Source: Phoronis australis (lineage: Eukaryota; Animalia; Phoronida). From it: DNA of 64,000 nt. Under the pieces are notes generated by a model. It had not been told where the DNA came from and searched no databases. It saw nothing but the letters and a program-made list of their open reading frames with translations. Positions 49,906 through 62,900 of the stretch are shown one piece after another (the stretch's first letter is position 1; each line of letters begins with the position of its first letter). The position numbers and the translations under genes are program-made. The stretch spans positions 989,805 through 1,053,804 of the forward strand of contig NMRA01000040.1 in the NCBI GenBank assembly GCA_002633005.1, in the 5' to 3' direction.

Positions 49906-51023
49906 GTATGATTGACAGCCATGTGGCCATGTGATTAGTTGGCGGGAAGCTGTGGCTGTGTATTGCACTGTAAACATGGTTGTGAAAATTGTCAGGAATC
50001 CAACACTTTTATTCCACTGATTGCTCTCCGTTTGAATGAATGTGGGTATGGAATTCGCTGCCGAAGATGGGTCTGTTTAAGAAGTTGTTTGCATGTCCTT
50101 CTGACTGGAAGTACGTACAGTTGCGACACCCGATTTGTCAATCATAACCTTGTCACCTTCATGGAATTCTGGCATTGTTTGGTTGGCGCGTGTTTGATTG
50201 TTTCAGTGCTGTGCAGATGATAAAATGTAAGGCGTATGGATTTCTACTTTACACTATTCTGGATTTGCCCATGTAATATCAAAAAAATTGCATACTCGGT
50301 GTTATTAGCTAGTCAGTTTGTAACACATTCCAGGTCATGTGAGAAAATACCATTCCAGTTTTGTTCTAATTTTGCTTCTTTCATTTAGTCTTTTCAAAAA
50401 CAGCTTTATGTAACTGCATTAGTTTTACATTATGCTATAATGGGTAACTCATTTGAATTTTGGACTGATCAGTGATAATCCACACACCTGTGTTAAGATC
50501 CATTGTGATTTATTCTTGCCTAGAAAAATCAGGCAAATGTATTTAATTTAATATGTGTGTTTTAAGTTTCTCATTCTTTCCCAGCTATCTTTCACATGTT
50601 TCCCATAACTGCACCAACTTAAGAATTGCTTACTTCAATAACAATCTAAATTGTGTTTTTTCATACTCTGATTCAGAGGTATTTAAGGAAACGTGAAATA
50701 ATTAAACTTGTGAATTAAGTCATTGTTTGTAGCTGACTTGTTTTGTGTCACGGTTTATTTTTGATTTATTATGTTGTTTCTGATGGACTCTTGTTCTTCT
50801 TTACTTCTATGAAGCACCATGTTGGAAATAAGTATCTTGTCTCTGTTTAAATGTCGCTTTGTTTGAGTCGTGGCTCATCATGTTTTCATGTGCATATCTT
50901 ATTCTAAGCACATTTTCTGCGCCTCATGTTACATTGAAGCACTGTACAGAAGGCACGGCTTTCTCCTGCTAAACCACCACTATGTTCATGTGTTCTGAAC
51001 TACTTTTGTTTTTGTGCAGAATG

Positions 51024-54000
51024 TTTTTATGTGCCCACGTATGCATATGTGGGTGCATATTGCCAACATCTTTGTCTGGGCATTCAGCGTTCGTCATCTG
51101 CCATCCGTAGCATCCGCTACTGTCTCCTAAGCCCGACGTGGGATCTTGCCACATGTGTTTCTGTGAAGCTGATGATAGGTGATAACTACTTTCAGATGTA
51201 TCCAACTACCACTCTGTCCCTGATGATAAGTCTGCCTTGTTATCCACGTAACGGATTATTATGATGTGAAATTATTGGCAGATGTCTTCCTATGGAGGAT
51301 AACACCACTACCATTGATTTTTTGATGGGTGAGACTGGTGTATCGTCTAGTGGCAGTTTTGTTTTTTGTCTGTGCCTTGATGTTTTTATACAATTTGACA
51401 TTTTTTTTTTGAGGAAAGTATGTCTGATGTTGATTTTCAGATGGGTTGCACCTCTACTGCCACTGCCTTTGCTTCAATATCTGCCTTGTTCCTTGGTAGA
51501 TCTTCATGAAATTTGGTGTTTACATACCTATACAGCTGACGTGGCAACTACAATGCTGTCCTCTTTTGACTTTGAAAGTTTTCTTTGTACTTGCCTCAAT
51601 ATCCACTGGAATTTGGCTAATAAGCTTTATGAAGGATACAGTACCTGCTTAGTTTCAGGTGGATTTCACCTATTTTCCACCCCCTACTTGTCATTTTGTG
51701 TCTGTTTTTGGTATATGCCTGCCTATCTACCAAACTCCTTGAAGATTCATGAAAGTTGATTCAAGTTCAAGTTCTTTTATTTATAGTCGGTTTGTAGACA
51801 ACAAGAAAACGTTAGCCAAAGGCTAGTACACCGACAAATAAATACATAAGTTATAAGAAATGAATAAAAATAAATATTTACATATATGTGAAATTAAAAA
51901 CAAAATTTAAAATAAAATACTATGTACAAGGTTAACAGATTTGAGATTAGCACCATTATGTCTGATTCATAAAATCACAGATACTACACTTACATGGAGG
52001 CTCAGTCCATGCATTTACATGCTGCATAAAAGTTTTTAAATGTAGGCATGATCTCGCCTCCTCTGACAATGAATTCCACAAATTAGAGCAGACCATACGG
52101 AGTAGTTCTGCATTGAGGGATATTTGTTCTATTGGATGATCTCAAGTTAGATGGGGTCTTGCGAATTGTAAGAAGGTCCCACAGAAATTGGGGGTGACAA
52201 GTGGTTCAAAATTATGAAAGCCTCTTTCAGAATCATTCTCTATCTACCCAGGTCTAGAGTCGGCAGATTAGCTCTAAGTAATAGCGTTTCATATGAGCTA
52301 GAGAAATCATCAAATACAAAACGCAGGGCCCTACATTGAACTCGTTCAATCTTATGTGTATTGACTTGGCCACAAAAATGCCATATTAAAGCACAGTAGA
52401 GAAACTGGGATAAAATGAAACATTGAAATATCATCATCCGGCTACTAAAATCTAGAATCCTAGCCAGACGCTGTTAAACAATGAGCTGAGCTCCTGCCTT
52501 TCGGCATAAAACTTTATGGTTGTTAAAACTCAGGTCCTCATCGATTACGACACCAAGTAATTTAACATCCACCTCACTGGTGATTTTGGCTCCTTCAACC
52601 TCGACAACAGCCCTGGATACGTTCTTGGAGTCACGAAGAAATATAGAACGGAATTTTGATGGATTTGCCTCCATCATATTTTGCTCGAACCAGGTAATTG
52701 CTTTTGCTGACTCAGATGTCAGTATGGCAATGACTTCATCCCTTGTACGAGCACATGCTGATACAGTGTTGTTGTCGGCATAATTATACAACTGTGCCTC
52801 AGTAAATGACACACTGATATCATTCACAGAACTATTGAACAGAACTGGACCCATGATGGACCCCTGTGGCACTCCCTTGACTATATCTAGCCAATCACTA
52901 GACATTCCACCTATCCTAACTCGGTGTTTCCTTCCTGACAGATAGGACCATAAAAGGGCACATGCCTGTTCACTCAAACCATACGCTCTTAATTTTGTGA
53001 TCATGAGTTGGTGCGGGAGGCAGTCAAACACTTTGCTCAGATCCATGAGCACTGCTCGAGCACACTGATTTTGTTCAGCAGCCAACTTCTAATCTTCAAC
53101 CATAAGTAGTAAAACTGATTGGCAGCTATATCTGCTCCTATGAGCAGCAATCTGCGGATACAATATAATATCTAAAAACGGGTTTATCTATAACAACATG
53201 AGTTTGTCAAGAATCTTGGAGAGAGCTGACAGTATACTCATCTTCAGGCTATCATCCTTTTTAAAGACTGGCTCTACTTCAGCAAGTTTAGCCATGTCTA
53301 GAAATTTACCAGTGTCAATGCTCTGATTGAACATGATAGCTACATGGTGACTCATAAATCTACCAACTGGTTTGAGCAACTTAGCTGGAATATGATCACT
53401 TCTAGTGGACTTCTTAGAGTCGACATTCGATAACTTTTTCGACCTCGGTTGGAGTAGTATGCCTAAAGGAAAAGCGTCCAGTCTTCATTTTGGTATTAAT
53501 AACGTGAATACTAGGATGGTTCGCATGGTGGTCAACGCACTTGCTAACAAAGGATTCGTTTGTCTCTGATGACTGTGAGATCAGCAGCTCCACCTATTTT
53601 GAAGGCGATGTTAACATAAAACTCATTCATGTGTGTACAAACATCAGACAGACGAGTGACAATCTCATTTCCAATTCTTAACATAATGCTGCCACAATCC
53701 TTACTTCCCTTATATGTCAAGAAAGGTTTGATTGTGGGCCAAAAGTCCTTATTGTTTGTCCCCCCTCACATCTTATTTTAAAATAATCACGTATTGCTGC
53801 TTTCTGATATCAGCATTTCCATTTCTTTGTGCACGGTATCGTTCCCAATTTTTGGGAGACAGAAATCTCTTGTAACGATTGTGTAGCCTCGTTTTGTCTC
53901 GAACAGCTTTCTTCAGGCGCTTGTTCATGAATGGTGGCTCACCGGCTCTACACTTAGTCTGTTTCAGTGGTGCATGCTCATTAATTACCCCTGTGAGCAA

Positions 54001-55943
54001 TGTCTGATATGCCCAATGGTTGTCAGATGGATGGTCAAAAATCTGACAGACTGTAAGAGGAATATACATAACCTCACGACTGTAAACATTGTTGTCAAAA
54101 CACTTATAACTGTGGTACGTGAGTTTCCTAGAGGGCATTCTTAGTGCCTGGATCTTTGCGGTGACATGCACCATAAAATGAGTATTACTCAGACCTATAC
54201 TAATGATGCCTGATGAGGTAGTCTTCTGAGGAACAGCAGTAAGCACAACATCAATCAGCGCGTGTCCATGTATAGTAGTAGGCTCAGTAATCAATTGTTC
54301 AAGGTTATAGTTATCACATAGATCACAGAGAGGCTTGCATTTGGCCTGTACCAGCATATCAAAATTTAGATCTCCCAGGATCCAAATATTATCATAGTCA
54401 TTTACTGCAGTGTCAAGCAGTGCAGTCATTTCAGTCATAAAAGCTGTGTTTAAAACATTGGGTGGTTTGTATGCAGTTATAATTAAACACTTTGTTCGAG
54501 TAATTGGCCTTATTTCCAAAATTATAGTTTGAACTTTCTGTTTTTGTCTGTATGAGATTCTTTACTTGATGGCATAGTATATCAGAGCGCACATAAGTGA
54601 TGATTCCACCTCCACCTTGAGTCTTTTCTAAACAATCTGTATCCCTCAATATGGAACTGTGCGTTGGGAAAGCTACAATCTAGCTTTGTCTCTGCAATCC
54701 CTGATACATCCTCGGGTTGTGACAGGAGGCTTTCTCTGATACTGATAACCTTATGTTATCTTCACCAGTCACTGATACTATCTTCGCTGTTCACATTGTC
54801 AGGTAGACTCACGTTGAAAAAAAGAGTCTGAGAATTGGGGTATCTGGCACTTATAACAGAACCAGTCCTTATTGCTCAGTGACAATTTCTCATACTTGCC
54901 GTTTGTCAAGGAAATAACGTCTGGCAAGCACTTTACGTGGTGCCACAGATCACACAAGTCACACTGTACACCCTTTTGATTCGATCTGACCGGCTTCAAG
55001 CATGGTCCACATGGGTATTTATAGCGTATTAACTTGCTGGGACCCGGGTTTACACGAATATCACCACTCGTCAGCACCAAAATAAAACCATGCTTTTACA
55101 GCATTTGAAAAGTTGATAAGTTATTGGTCCTCGTCTTTGTTACTGGGCGCCGCCATCTTGGTTGACCACCCGAATAGGTGGGCAGGAATGCATCGCCTCC
55201 TATGTATTGAGGTTTTACATCTACTGTGGTGCCCCGTAGTGGTACTATAAGTTTTCTGGATGGCTATCTCAATATTTATACAGTTATTTTTGGAACTTTA
55301 TGAAATATGGAACAGTGTAATCCTGCTGTGGAAAGCACGACTGCTGTTGATTTTGGGACAGGTGATCTGACTTCTATGGCATCCTGTAATGGCAATTTTT
55401 AGGATGCCTGCTTCGTTATCTTTAAGGTTCCTTTGACATTTTGATTTCTTATTTATAAGAGCACTACTGACATTGATTTTTGGTTGGATGTCACTACTGT
55501 GATGGGGATTGTAATGTATATAAATTCAGGTTTTATAAAGTACAACACAGAAGCAGACATCGATATATCCCACAATGCATCAAATTGGAAGTAAATTAGA
55601 ACACTGAGTAAACATTCGGGCCAGCCCTTGTAAGATCACGAAGCTGGCCGCTTAACACAATATAAATTAATAACAATACATCACTGGGATTTCTTTTTCA
55701 ATATCTTCCAAGTTCAAACATCATAAAGTTTGGTTTGTGTTCCTATTAAAAAAAGAACACGACTGATGTTGATGTTTGGATGTATGTGACTTCTGTGGCA
55801 CCCTCCAGTGGCAAAGTGTTGTGTCTGTCTTAATACCTACCTAGTTCTTTGATGACTACAATGAAAGTTCTTTAAACAGTGAGCTGCTTAACCATTTATG
55901 ATGCATTTAGTGGGTGCATATCAATGCTTTATGTTGCTTTGTT
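51024..55943 (+). mobile_element. Old, diverged family B-related element interrupted by a LINE
   Basis: The 5' end is TTTTTATGTGCCCACGTATGCATATGTGGG. The 3' end is GTGGGTGCATATCAATGCTTTATGTTGCTTTGTT. Degenerate CTAGTGG-type repeats lie on both sides of the LINE. Confidence 0.6.
51758..55160 (-). mobile_element. Near-full-length decayed CR1/L2-group LINE (2A-like motif, PHD finger, APE endonuclease, RT)
   Basis: PHD: CGPC...CDLCDLWHHVKC...WFCYKC. APE: GGGIITYVR, AYKPP, ILGDLNFD, LIDVVLT. RT: MDLSKVFDCLPH, GVPQGSIMGPVLF, YADNNT, KLLGVVID. Many stops and frameshifts. The 3' end has AATAAA and a (ACTTGA)n tail, and the 5' end reads CAAGATGGCGGCGCCC. Confidence 0.92.
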
Positions 55944-56651
55944 ATAATTTTGCTTTTGTTGTCTCCCTGTGTTTTTTTGTAATCCTGCTTGATTTGTGGC
56001 CAAGGGTATGTCATGCCAAAGAATTTAAGTTGCTGCTAATACAATGGGTGGACCCGGTGGAAATGATTCCATAGCTGTGCTTCTAAATTCCAGCTTGGAT
56101 TCCCTAAATCCCAGTGCTGGACCAGCAAACACCAAACCCATTGTTTAAATTCCATGCTTGGTGACCAGATTCCTAGCTCGAACCATAGGTCCAGGTATAA
56201 AGCATGTTTGGAGCATATGAGTTTAGTGTTTGCTAGGCCTTGATTAGGTTTTAGGGAATCGAAGATGGAATTTAGAGGCACATCCTCAAATTTTTTTCCA
56301 CCTCTAATAAATCAAGTGATTCTGTTCTCATCGAAGCATTGTGTCAACTAAAATGATTCTGTTATGGAATGACCACACTACTGTTAGTCAATTATTGTGT
56401 TTCCTTTATGTTGCCAATGTGTAAAGATCATACATTTAGTTTTAATATTTTCCTTGAAAAACAGTAGGTTGTGGGCAAAAATGTAAACTTTTTTCTTCAA
56501 GTTATTGAAAGTCACCATCGTACGTTTACTAGCACTGACACCTTTATTTATGGTAATCCTTGTATCTTGCATTTTCACTGGTAAAACCCTGCTTTTTTAT
56601 TAATGCTAGCCATAGCATCCTAGTAATCTCTTCAGTCTTTGCTCTGCACAG

Positions 56652-56805
56652 GGTGGTGATGTGAACGTTGAGGGCCGTGATGACAGCAGTGAGTTCGCTG
56701 ACATCAGAGCTGCAATGAAAGTACTCATGTTTTCTGACCAAGAGATTTGGGACATTTGGAAAATCCTGGCTGCCATCCTTCATCTGGGCAGCATCAAATA
56801 CACAG
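56652..56805 (+). CDS. MYO7A: Myosin VIIa coding exon 8 ([27 protein letters not shown]...[13 protein letters not shown])
   Basis: GCACAG acceptor, GTTTGG donor, 154 nt, ends in phase 1. Confidence 0.97.
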
Positions 56806-58576
56806 GTTTGGTTATTTTGTGGACTAATCAGGCTTGTGACAGTTGTTTGAACTGCATAGTTTTACTTATCTTTTATTTAGTACAAGATTCAGGTTTAAGG
56901 GCACATGAAGACCATTTACCATGTCCAATATGTAACATTTTATCACTATTATGTGTTGCATTTGTAAATTTAACTTTCAGTACATTGTACAGTGGTCAAT
57001 TCTCATCATAATGTCTTACATTAACATGACACATCAATGTCTTAGTGACAGTTAACTTCATTGTTATTGGCTTCTCTCTCCTGTGCATGATAAACTAAAA
57101 TCAAAAGTCTTGCAACTCCATAGTCTTTAAGTAAGATATCAGGCAGTAAATATTAGATTGCTGTTATACAACTGGTCATTTTTATGATTTTCTGGGTTTG
57201 TATTGCAATGAGTCGACATCGACACTAAAGAAAAACCTCGAATTCAATTCAGTTTGAAGGCACTGAAATTAATTTTGTTATCTCGCTAAGAAAATTATAA
57301 AGTGATGTAAATGAAGTGAATTCTCCTCAGCTGAATGTAAATCTTCATCTGGTATTGCTAAAAATGTTAAAGTCGCGTAAATGAAGCGAAGTCTTTTTGG
57401 CCTCAAATTGTTGTCTGATAACTAAGGACTGTGTCATCTTTTATTCAGTAGGTAAATAGAACATATGGACTTCGATCCAGTCTTATTTTCAGCTTAGCCA
57501 ATGAATGGTTGTACCTGCTCATAATTGACCTATCGCCAGGATTATGACGGATGGCTTAATTGACCAATCAGAACGCAGCATTCTTGGCACACCTTCATCT
57601 GCGTTTCCAAGCTGCCATTTTACCCGACAAACCTCACATAGTCGAGTAAAACTTACTTTAGTCTAGAGCTCAAGAAATTGTCCGCTAAGAATGGGGAAAC
57701 GGTGTTGATATGGCGTTTGTTGCACCGACAGCCGTTATGCTGCTCCAGAATAATATCCCGTCATTTTTTGGCATCTCCTAAATGATGTTGAAAAGCGTAC
57801 TGATCAAACTGTACGGCCACACGAGCAGCTGAACTTAGCGATGTTGCTTGATAACTCGAAGGCTATAATAAACACTAATATATTAGTTCCAATATACGCA
57901 CTTTTCAGCTTGGTGGCTGTGGTGCAGGGCTATCTCAGATTTTGACTCCCGAGTTTCCTACGCCAGGCTGCCTTTGTCTCTGGCAGCACCTGATGGATCT
58001 CAGCACTCTAGCGATAGTCCCTGGAAATTGTTGTTTTCAAGGACATTTTTATTTTATGTTTTTTTATTTATTTCAACCTAATGGGCATTATTTTGTTTCG
58101 TATCAGGTACATTTTTGTTATTCATAAACCGTAGGCTGGCGTTCAACTGAACTTCTCTCCCTGTCAAAATTCAGAGATTCGATCGGCACAGGGAAGGGCA
58201 CTGGATTACTGCCAGAACTCAAAGCCTTGGTCGAGCTGTTGTCACTAAAAATGAACTGTTAAATTACTTTTTGACGTGTACCTCTAGTATACACTATGTC
58301 TGTTGAGTTAGAGAGAGCTCATTTTGAAGTTTTTTAAACATGATATTTAGATTTATGAAGCTTTAAAAAAGAATTTGAGTTATTTTTGTAAATACCCTAT
58401 TTTTGCAACTACCACACCGGACTTGTAATCTTTTATAACCATACCACGACTTAGTGATCATGCTACCTTCAAAATTAAATGAAAGCTACCTTTATGGAAT
58501 GAAACTACAAACAAATGTCAAGTTCATAAGCAGGTAGGCCTAATTTAAATGTCTTAATGGTGCAAACGAACAATTC

Positions 58577-58884
58577 CATAGGTGGATTTAGGGGGGGGGG
58601 CTTGCCGCAAGCAAAATGAAACAGCAAGAGCATGAAGCATGAGGAAATATTGAGTTCAGTAACTAGGACCGGTAACGGAAGAGGGGGGCTCAGACCCCAG
58701 ATTGCGGCGGAATTGTGTTCCTGTTTTTTTAGTCCACCGATAGATTTCCTGAACTGAGGTCCAAAGGTCTACATCCCTGGGCCCTGCAACTTTCGGGCCG
58801 CCTGTGCACATACAATCGCACTTTGCCCAATTCCACGAGGCAACATATGTTGGCTACTCCTGTGGTATCCTAGATCCGCCACTG
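58577..58884. mobile_element. MITE with CATAGGTGGATTTAG...CTAGATCCGCCACTG ends and a perfect 5-bp TSD
   Basis: AATTC occurs at 58572-58576 and 58885-58889. The ends are the same as those of 12556-12787. Confidence 0.75.
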
Positions 58885-59748
58885 AATTCCAGACATTAAT
58901 TTGACTTAGACACAGCCCTAGACCTACCGGAGCTACCTGTTTGCCTAGGACGAGATGATTGTGTACCTGAGCTATGAACCTGAATTTTTTTATCAAAATA
59001 TTTCGTTACAAGATTAGAAAAGCATAAACAGTGCTATTGAGTCGACCTAGTCGGACTATAGTGCATGTGTTGTCTGTAATCTATGCCCTACTTTACTCCA
59101 GGAGTCCCACCAGTTGTGACCTACTTTTCATTTGGCGAAATTTAGCAGACGACAGAATAAAAATATCGGTGAATCTTAACTGATTTTATTCGAAAGATCA
59201 TGAAATCTATGGAATCGTACAGATAATTCGACTTTAAGGTACATACCCAGCTTTACATGAACATGTCATATCAGTGGCTTTGTCATTTCTCAGGTGAAGG
59301 TGGCCCCAAGGCGAGGGGTTCTTCGGATTTTTGCTGGCTCCTCGAGCACTTATTTTTTCATCGTCACCTTTACAAATTCCCATATCATGAACGTGCGATT
59401 CTCTGTTGAAAAGCATCGCCTCATGTCTCTGTCAAAGCGTTTTCAAATAGTGCAAAAACACTCATCGATTCCACCAGGAACGTCGTTTAGCGACAGTGTA
59501 TTTGCCTCTGACATCTCGTTCGATTGTCGGGTATCACGTGACTTTTCGCATAGGGGCGGAGCTTGCGATAGGTCAATTGCCAACAGCCTTGCCTCAGTGA
59601 AGTCACTTCAAAATGAACTCTGAATCAAGCCTCAAATCATAAAAGTTTTTAGGTTAACCAATCCTCAAAAAAAAATTTTTGCTTCTATTCTGGAGCACTT
59701 TAGTGTTTCCTTTGCTTTTGCTATAATTCATGTACTGCTGTGTTTCAG

Positions 59749-59825
59749 CTACTGAGGTTGACAACATTGATGCCACAGAGGTGCGAGACATCAAAGAGAT
59801 AGAGCGAGCAGCCAGGCTATTGGAG
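59749..59825 (+). CDS. MYO7A: Myosin VIIa coding exon 9 (ATEVDNIDATEVRDIKEIERAARLLE); the gene continues beyond the window
   Basis: TTTCAG acceptor, GTGAGC donor, 77 nt. The phase is consistent with the previous exon. Confidence 0.93.
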
Positions 59826-59987
59826 GTGAGCCAGTCAATTGCATTTATGAAAGACAGTAATTTATTAATAATGTGCATATTTAAGTACTGTTTTCCTTCT
59901 TAATTTTAATGCTTAGTCGCCTTTTGTATGTTTTTATGAAATATATATAACATAGTGGTTATAATAGGAATTGTTCAAGTAATTATG

Positions 59988-62900
59988 TTTTTTTTAATAC
60001 ATTTTATTTCTAAATACACTAATATTTACAAACAATAAGGTCTTTGCAAATGAAACACAGGCACACACACACGCGCACACACACATATCTAAATTACAGA
60101 AATTCACGGTTGTCTAAAATAAATAGGCATTGATGGTTTCCCAAAAGGCAGTTTTGCGGGGTTGTATATTCCTTACTTTACAATAATTATACAAGAAACA
60201 TTGAAATTGTGAATATCTAGGAATAATCTGGCTTCTAGAACATTTATGGATGAAATACTGGCAAATAGTTAATATGGTATTGATATCTTCAAAATTACAT
60301 CCAAAATATGCTGTCAAAATAACATTTCTATCTAAGATAAAATCGTGTTGGGCAGTTACATAAATTAAAAGTTTCTGAATTTCACACCACAAAGTTTTCA
60401 TAGAACCACATTCCACAAACATTAAAATCTTCACTTAATCTTCTTGATCAGTTTGCTAAGTATTCTGGTTTGACACCCAATATCGATAAAACTGTTTGTA
60501 TATGGATTGGTTCTAAGATATGTTGTGGTGATAGGCTTTGTTGTGAAAAAGATTTAAAATGGGAAAGTTCCCAGTTCACATCTCTTGGAATTACCTTCTC
60601 TGTCAACTTACTGCACATGATTCACTTAAACTACGATGTAAAATTGAATGAGGTTAGAAAAGGCATTGGAAATTGGTCAAAAAGAAATTTGCTTACCTTT
60701 GGTAAGATAACGGTTGTCAAATTTTTCTTATTACCAAAACTGATTCACCTCTTTTACACACTTCCTCTTCCAAGTGCTACTTTTTTAAAGACATTGAAAA
60801 AAATATTCTTTAATTTTATATAGGGTACCTCTTCTGATAGAATCTCTAGAAAAACCATGGTGCAGAAATCTGAAGTTGGAGGTGGGAATATGGTTCATAT
60901 TGCGTCATTTGTCAAAGCTATTAAACTGACTTGGATTTGAAGATTCTTTAAAAATTATTATAACAATACTTTTCTTTGGCTAAATATTTTGTGTGAAATT
61001 ATTCCCAATATAAAAAATGACTCTTTTCAGTTAGGCTCTTGTTTTTTCCTTGGAGTATCTAACCGTACAAAGAATATTTTTTGGAAGGATATTTTTTATG
61101 TCTTATACGAATTTATCAATCTTTGTGAGATAGATGATCCTTTGTACCAACCTTTGTGGTATAACCCCAAAATTTGTATAGACAGTAATCCAATTTTTTG
61201 GAACGAGTGGTTTCAAAAGGGTATACGGTACGTATACGATTTAATTGACCCTGATGAGGGATATATTTATCATTATCATACCTTTTGTACACGTTTTCAA
61301 TTTTGTCCTTGTATTACTCATTTTTATGGAATTCGAAGTTCAATACTTCGTTCTTGGAATCATCTAAGAGACAAGAGTACTATAGTTACTCCACTTTTTA
61401 CGGAACATATTTTTCGAATCTCCTCGGAAAATAAAGGGACTGGGAAAATCTATGAATTATTCATTTCTAAATTATATGTAAAACCTGTCGCAGAATTGAA
61501 GTGGGAGAGAGAAATTAACTTATGCGATGATACTCAATCTTGGAAAAAAATTCATTCTGTAATTTATCATTGTACTTCCATGTCAGACTCAGATGGTTTC
61601 AATTCCGAATCAACCACAGACTTATTGGTACAAACTCTTATTTAAAGAAAATAGGTGTTAGTGAATCGTCTTTATGCTCTTTCTGTGAGCAACATGAAGA
61701 AACAATTCTACATTTGTATTGGGAATGTTCACTTGTTCAGAAGTTATGGGGATGTTTAAGAACATGGATGAGGAATCAGTGCAATTTCCCTCTGCAGTTA
61801 ATATGTCTTCCGCCTCGTTTGGAGACCCAGCCTGTAGATCAGAAGTTGTAAATTTAATTCTTTGCTTAGCGAAATTTCATTTATATAGACAAAGACTACA
61901 AAAGACTAAGCCCAATTTTCAGTCATTTTTATGTGAGGTATGTGATTACTACAACCTGGAAAAATTATTTACAATGATAAATTGGATCTTGAGAGATTCC
62001 AGGCAAGGTGGTCTTTTTTGCCTAACTAGCTTTTATAGGGTCCAATAATGTTCGTAATTTGTTTGATGTACACTAAACTAGATGTCATATTGTCGCACAA
62101 CTATGTACTGGTTGGTTGAGTTAATAAATGTCTCTACTAAAAAAAAACATTCCACAAACATATGGTTAAAAGTCTCAACAGTTCCACAAGATGCACACTT
62201 GTCATCACTGACTAAGTTCATCTTTTTCAAAATAAGTTTTGTAAACACTTTTCTACGAATATAGAAGTACTTAAAGGTTTTAACATAAGGAGGTAACAAG
62301 AGTTTGTGTGGAAGAACATAAGTTTGTTTAATTTGTTGTCTAGAGTAAATGTCAGTTAAGCTGTACTCTATATCAGGAGGCAAAACAATTTTGGAAAGCA
62401 AAATATTTCTAGAAAACACATTAGTAATTTGGCTTGACTGAGGATGTATGCATTTTGAAATCGAAGGATCAGCTTTTAACGTCTCAAAGCAGCATAATGA
62501 ATCCAATTTGAAAGCTTATATCTATTTTTCAAATCCTCCCATGTCAGAAATTTATTTTCAAAATTCAAAAGATCCTTCTCAAAAGTAATACCAGCCTCAA
62601 AGAAACTATTAAAGAATACAGTCCTCCTATTAATCAATATGTTTTTGTTATTCCACACTACTTGGTTTACAATTGCTATGTCCTTATGCAAATGAGCACC
62701 TATTTCTTCCGAAGCAATCAAGATGTCAAGATAGAAGGTATCAATATTTGCAAGAGACAACAATTTATAATCATAATTTGATTTAAAGATCAAAATACCT
62801 CCATATGTTTTAAAAACATACCCTGGAAACGCTTTGAAAATTTCATTGTTTCCATCTAAGCAACGCGTAACCCATTTAACTAATAATGACTTGTACATAA

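Noticed and set aside
51755-55165. GTTGA as the TSD of the minus-strand LINE
   Set aside because: It is only 5 bp, overlaps the tail repeat, and may belong to the element's own 5' end.
49261-59248. GGGTATGTA (49265) and TACATACCC (59240) as TIRs of a 10-kb element capturing myosin exons
   Set aside because: The match is only 9 bp and there is no TTAA after the right-hand copy.
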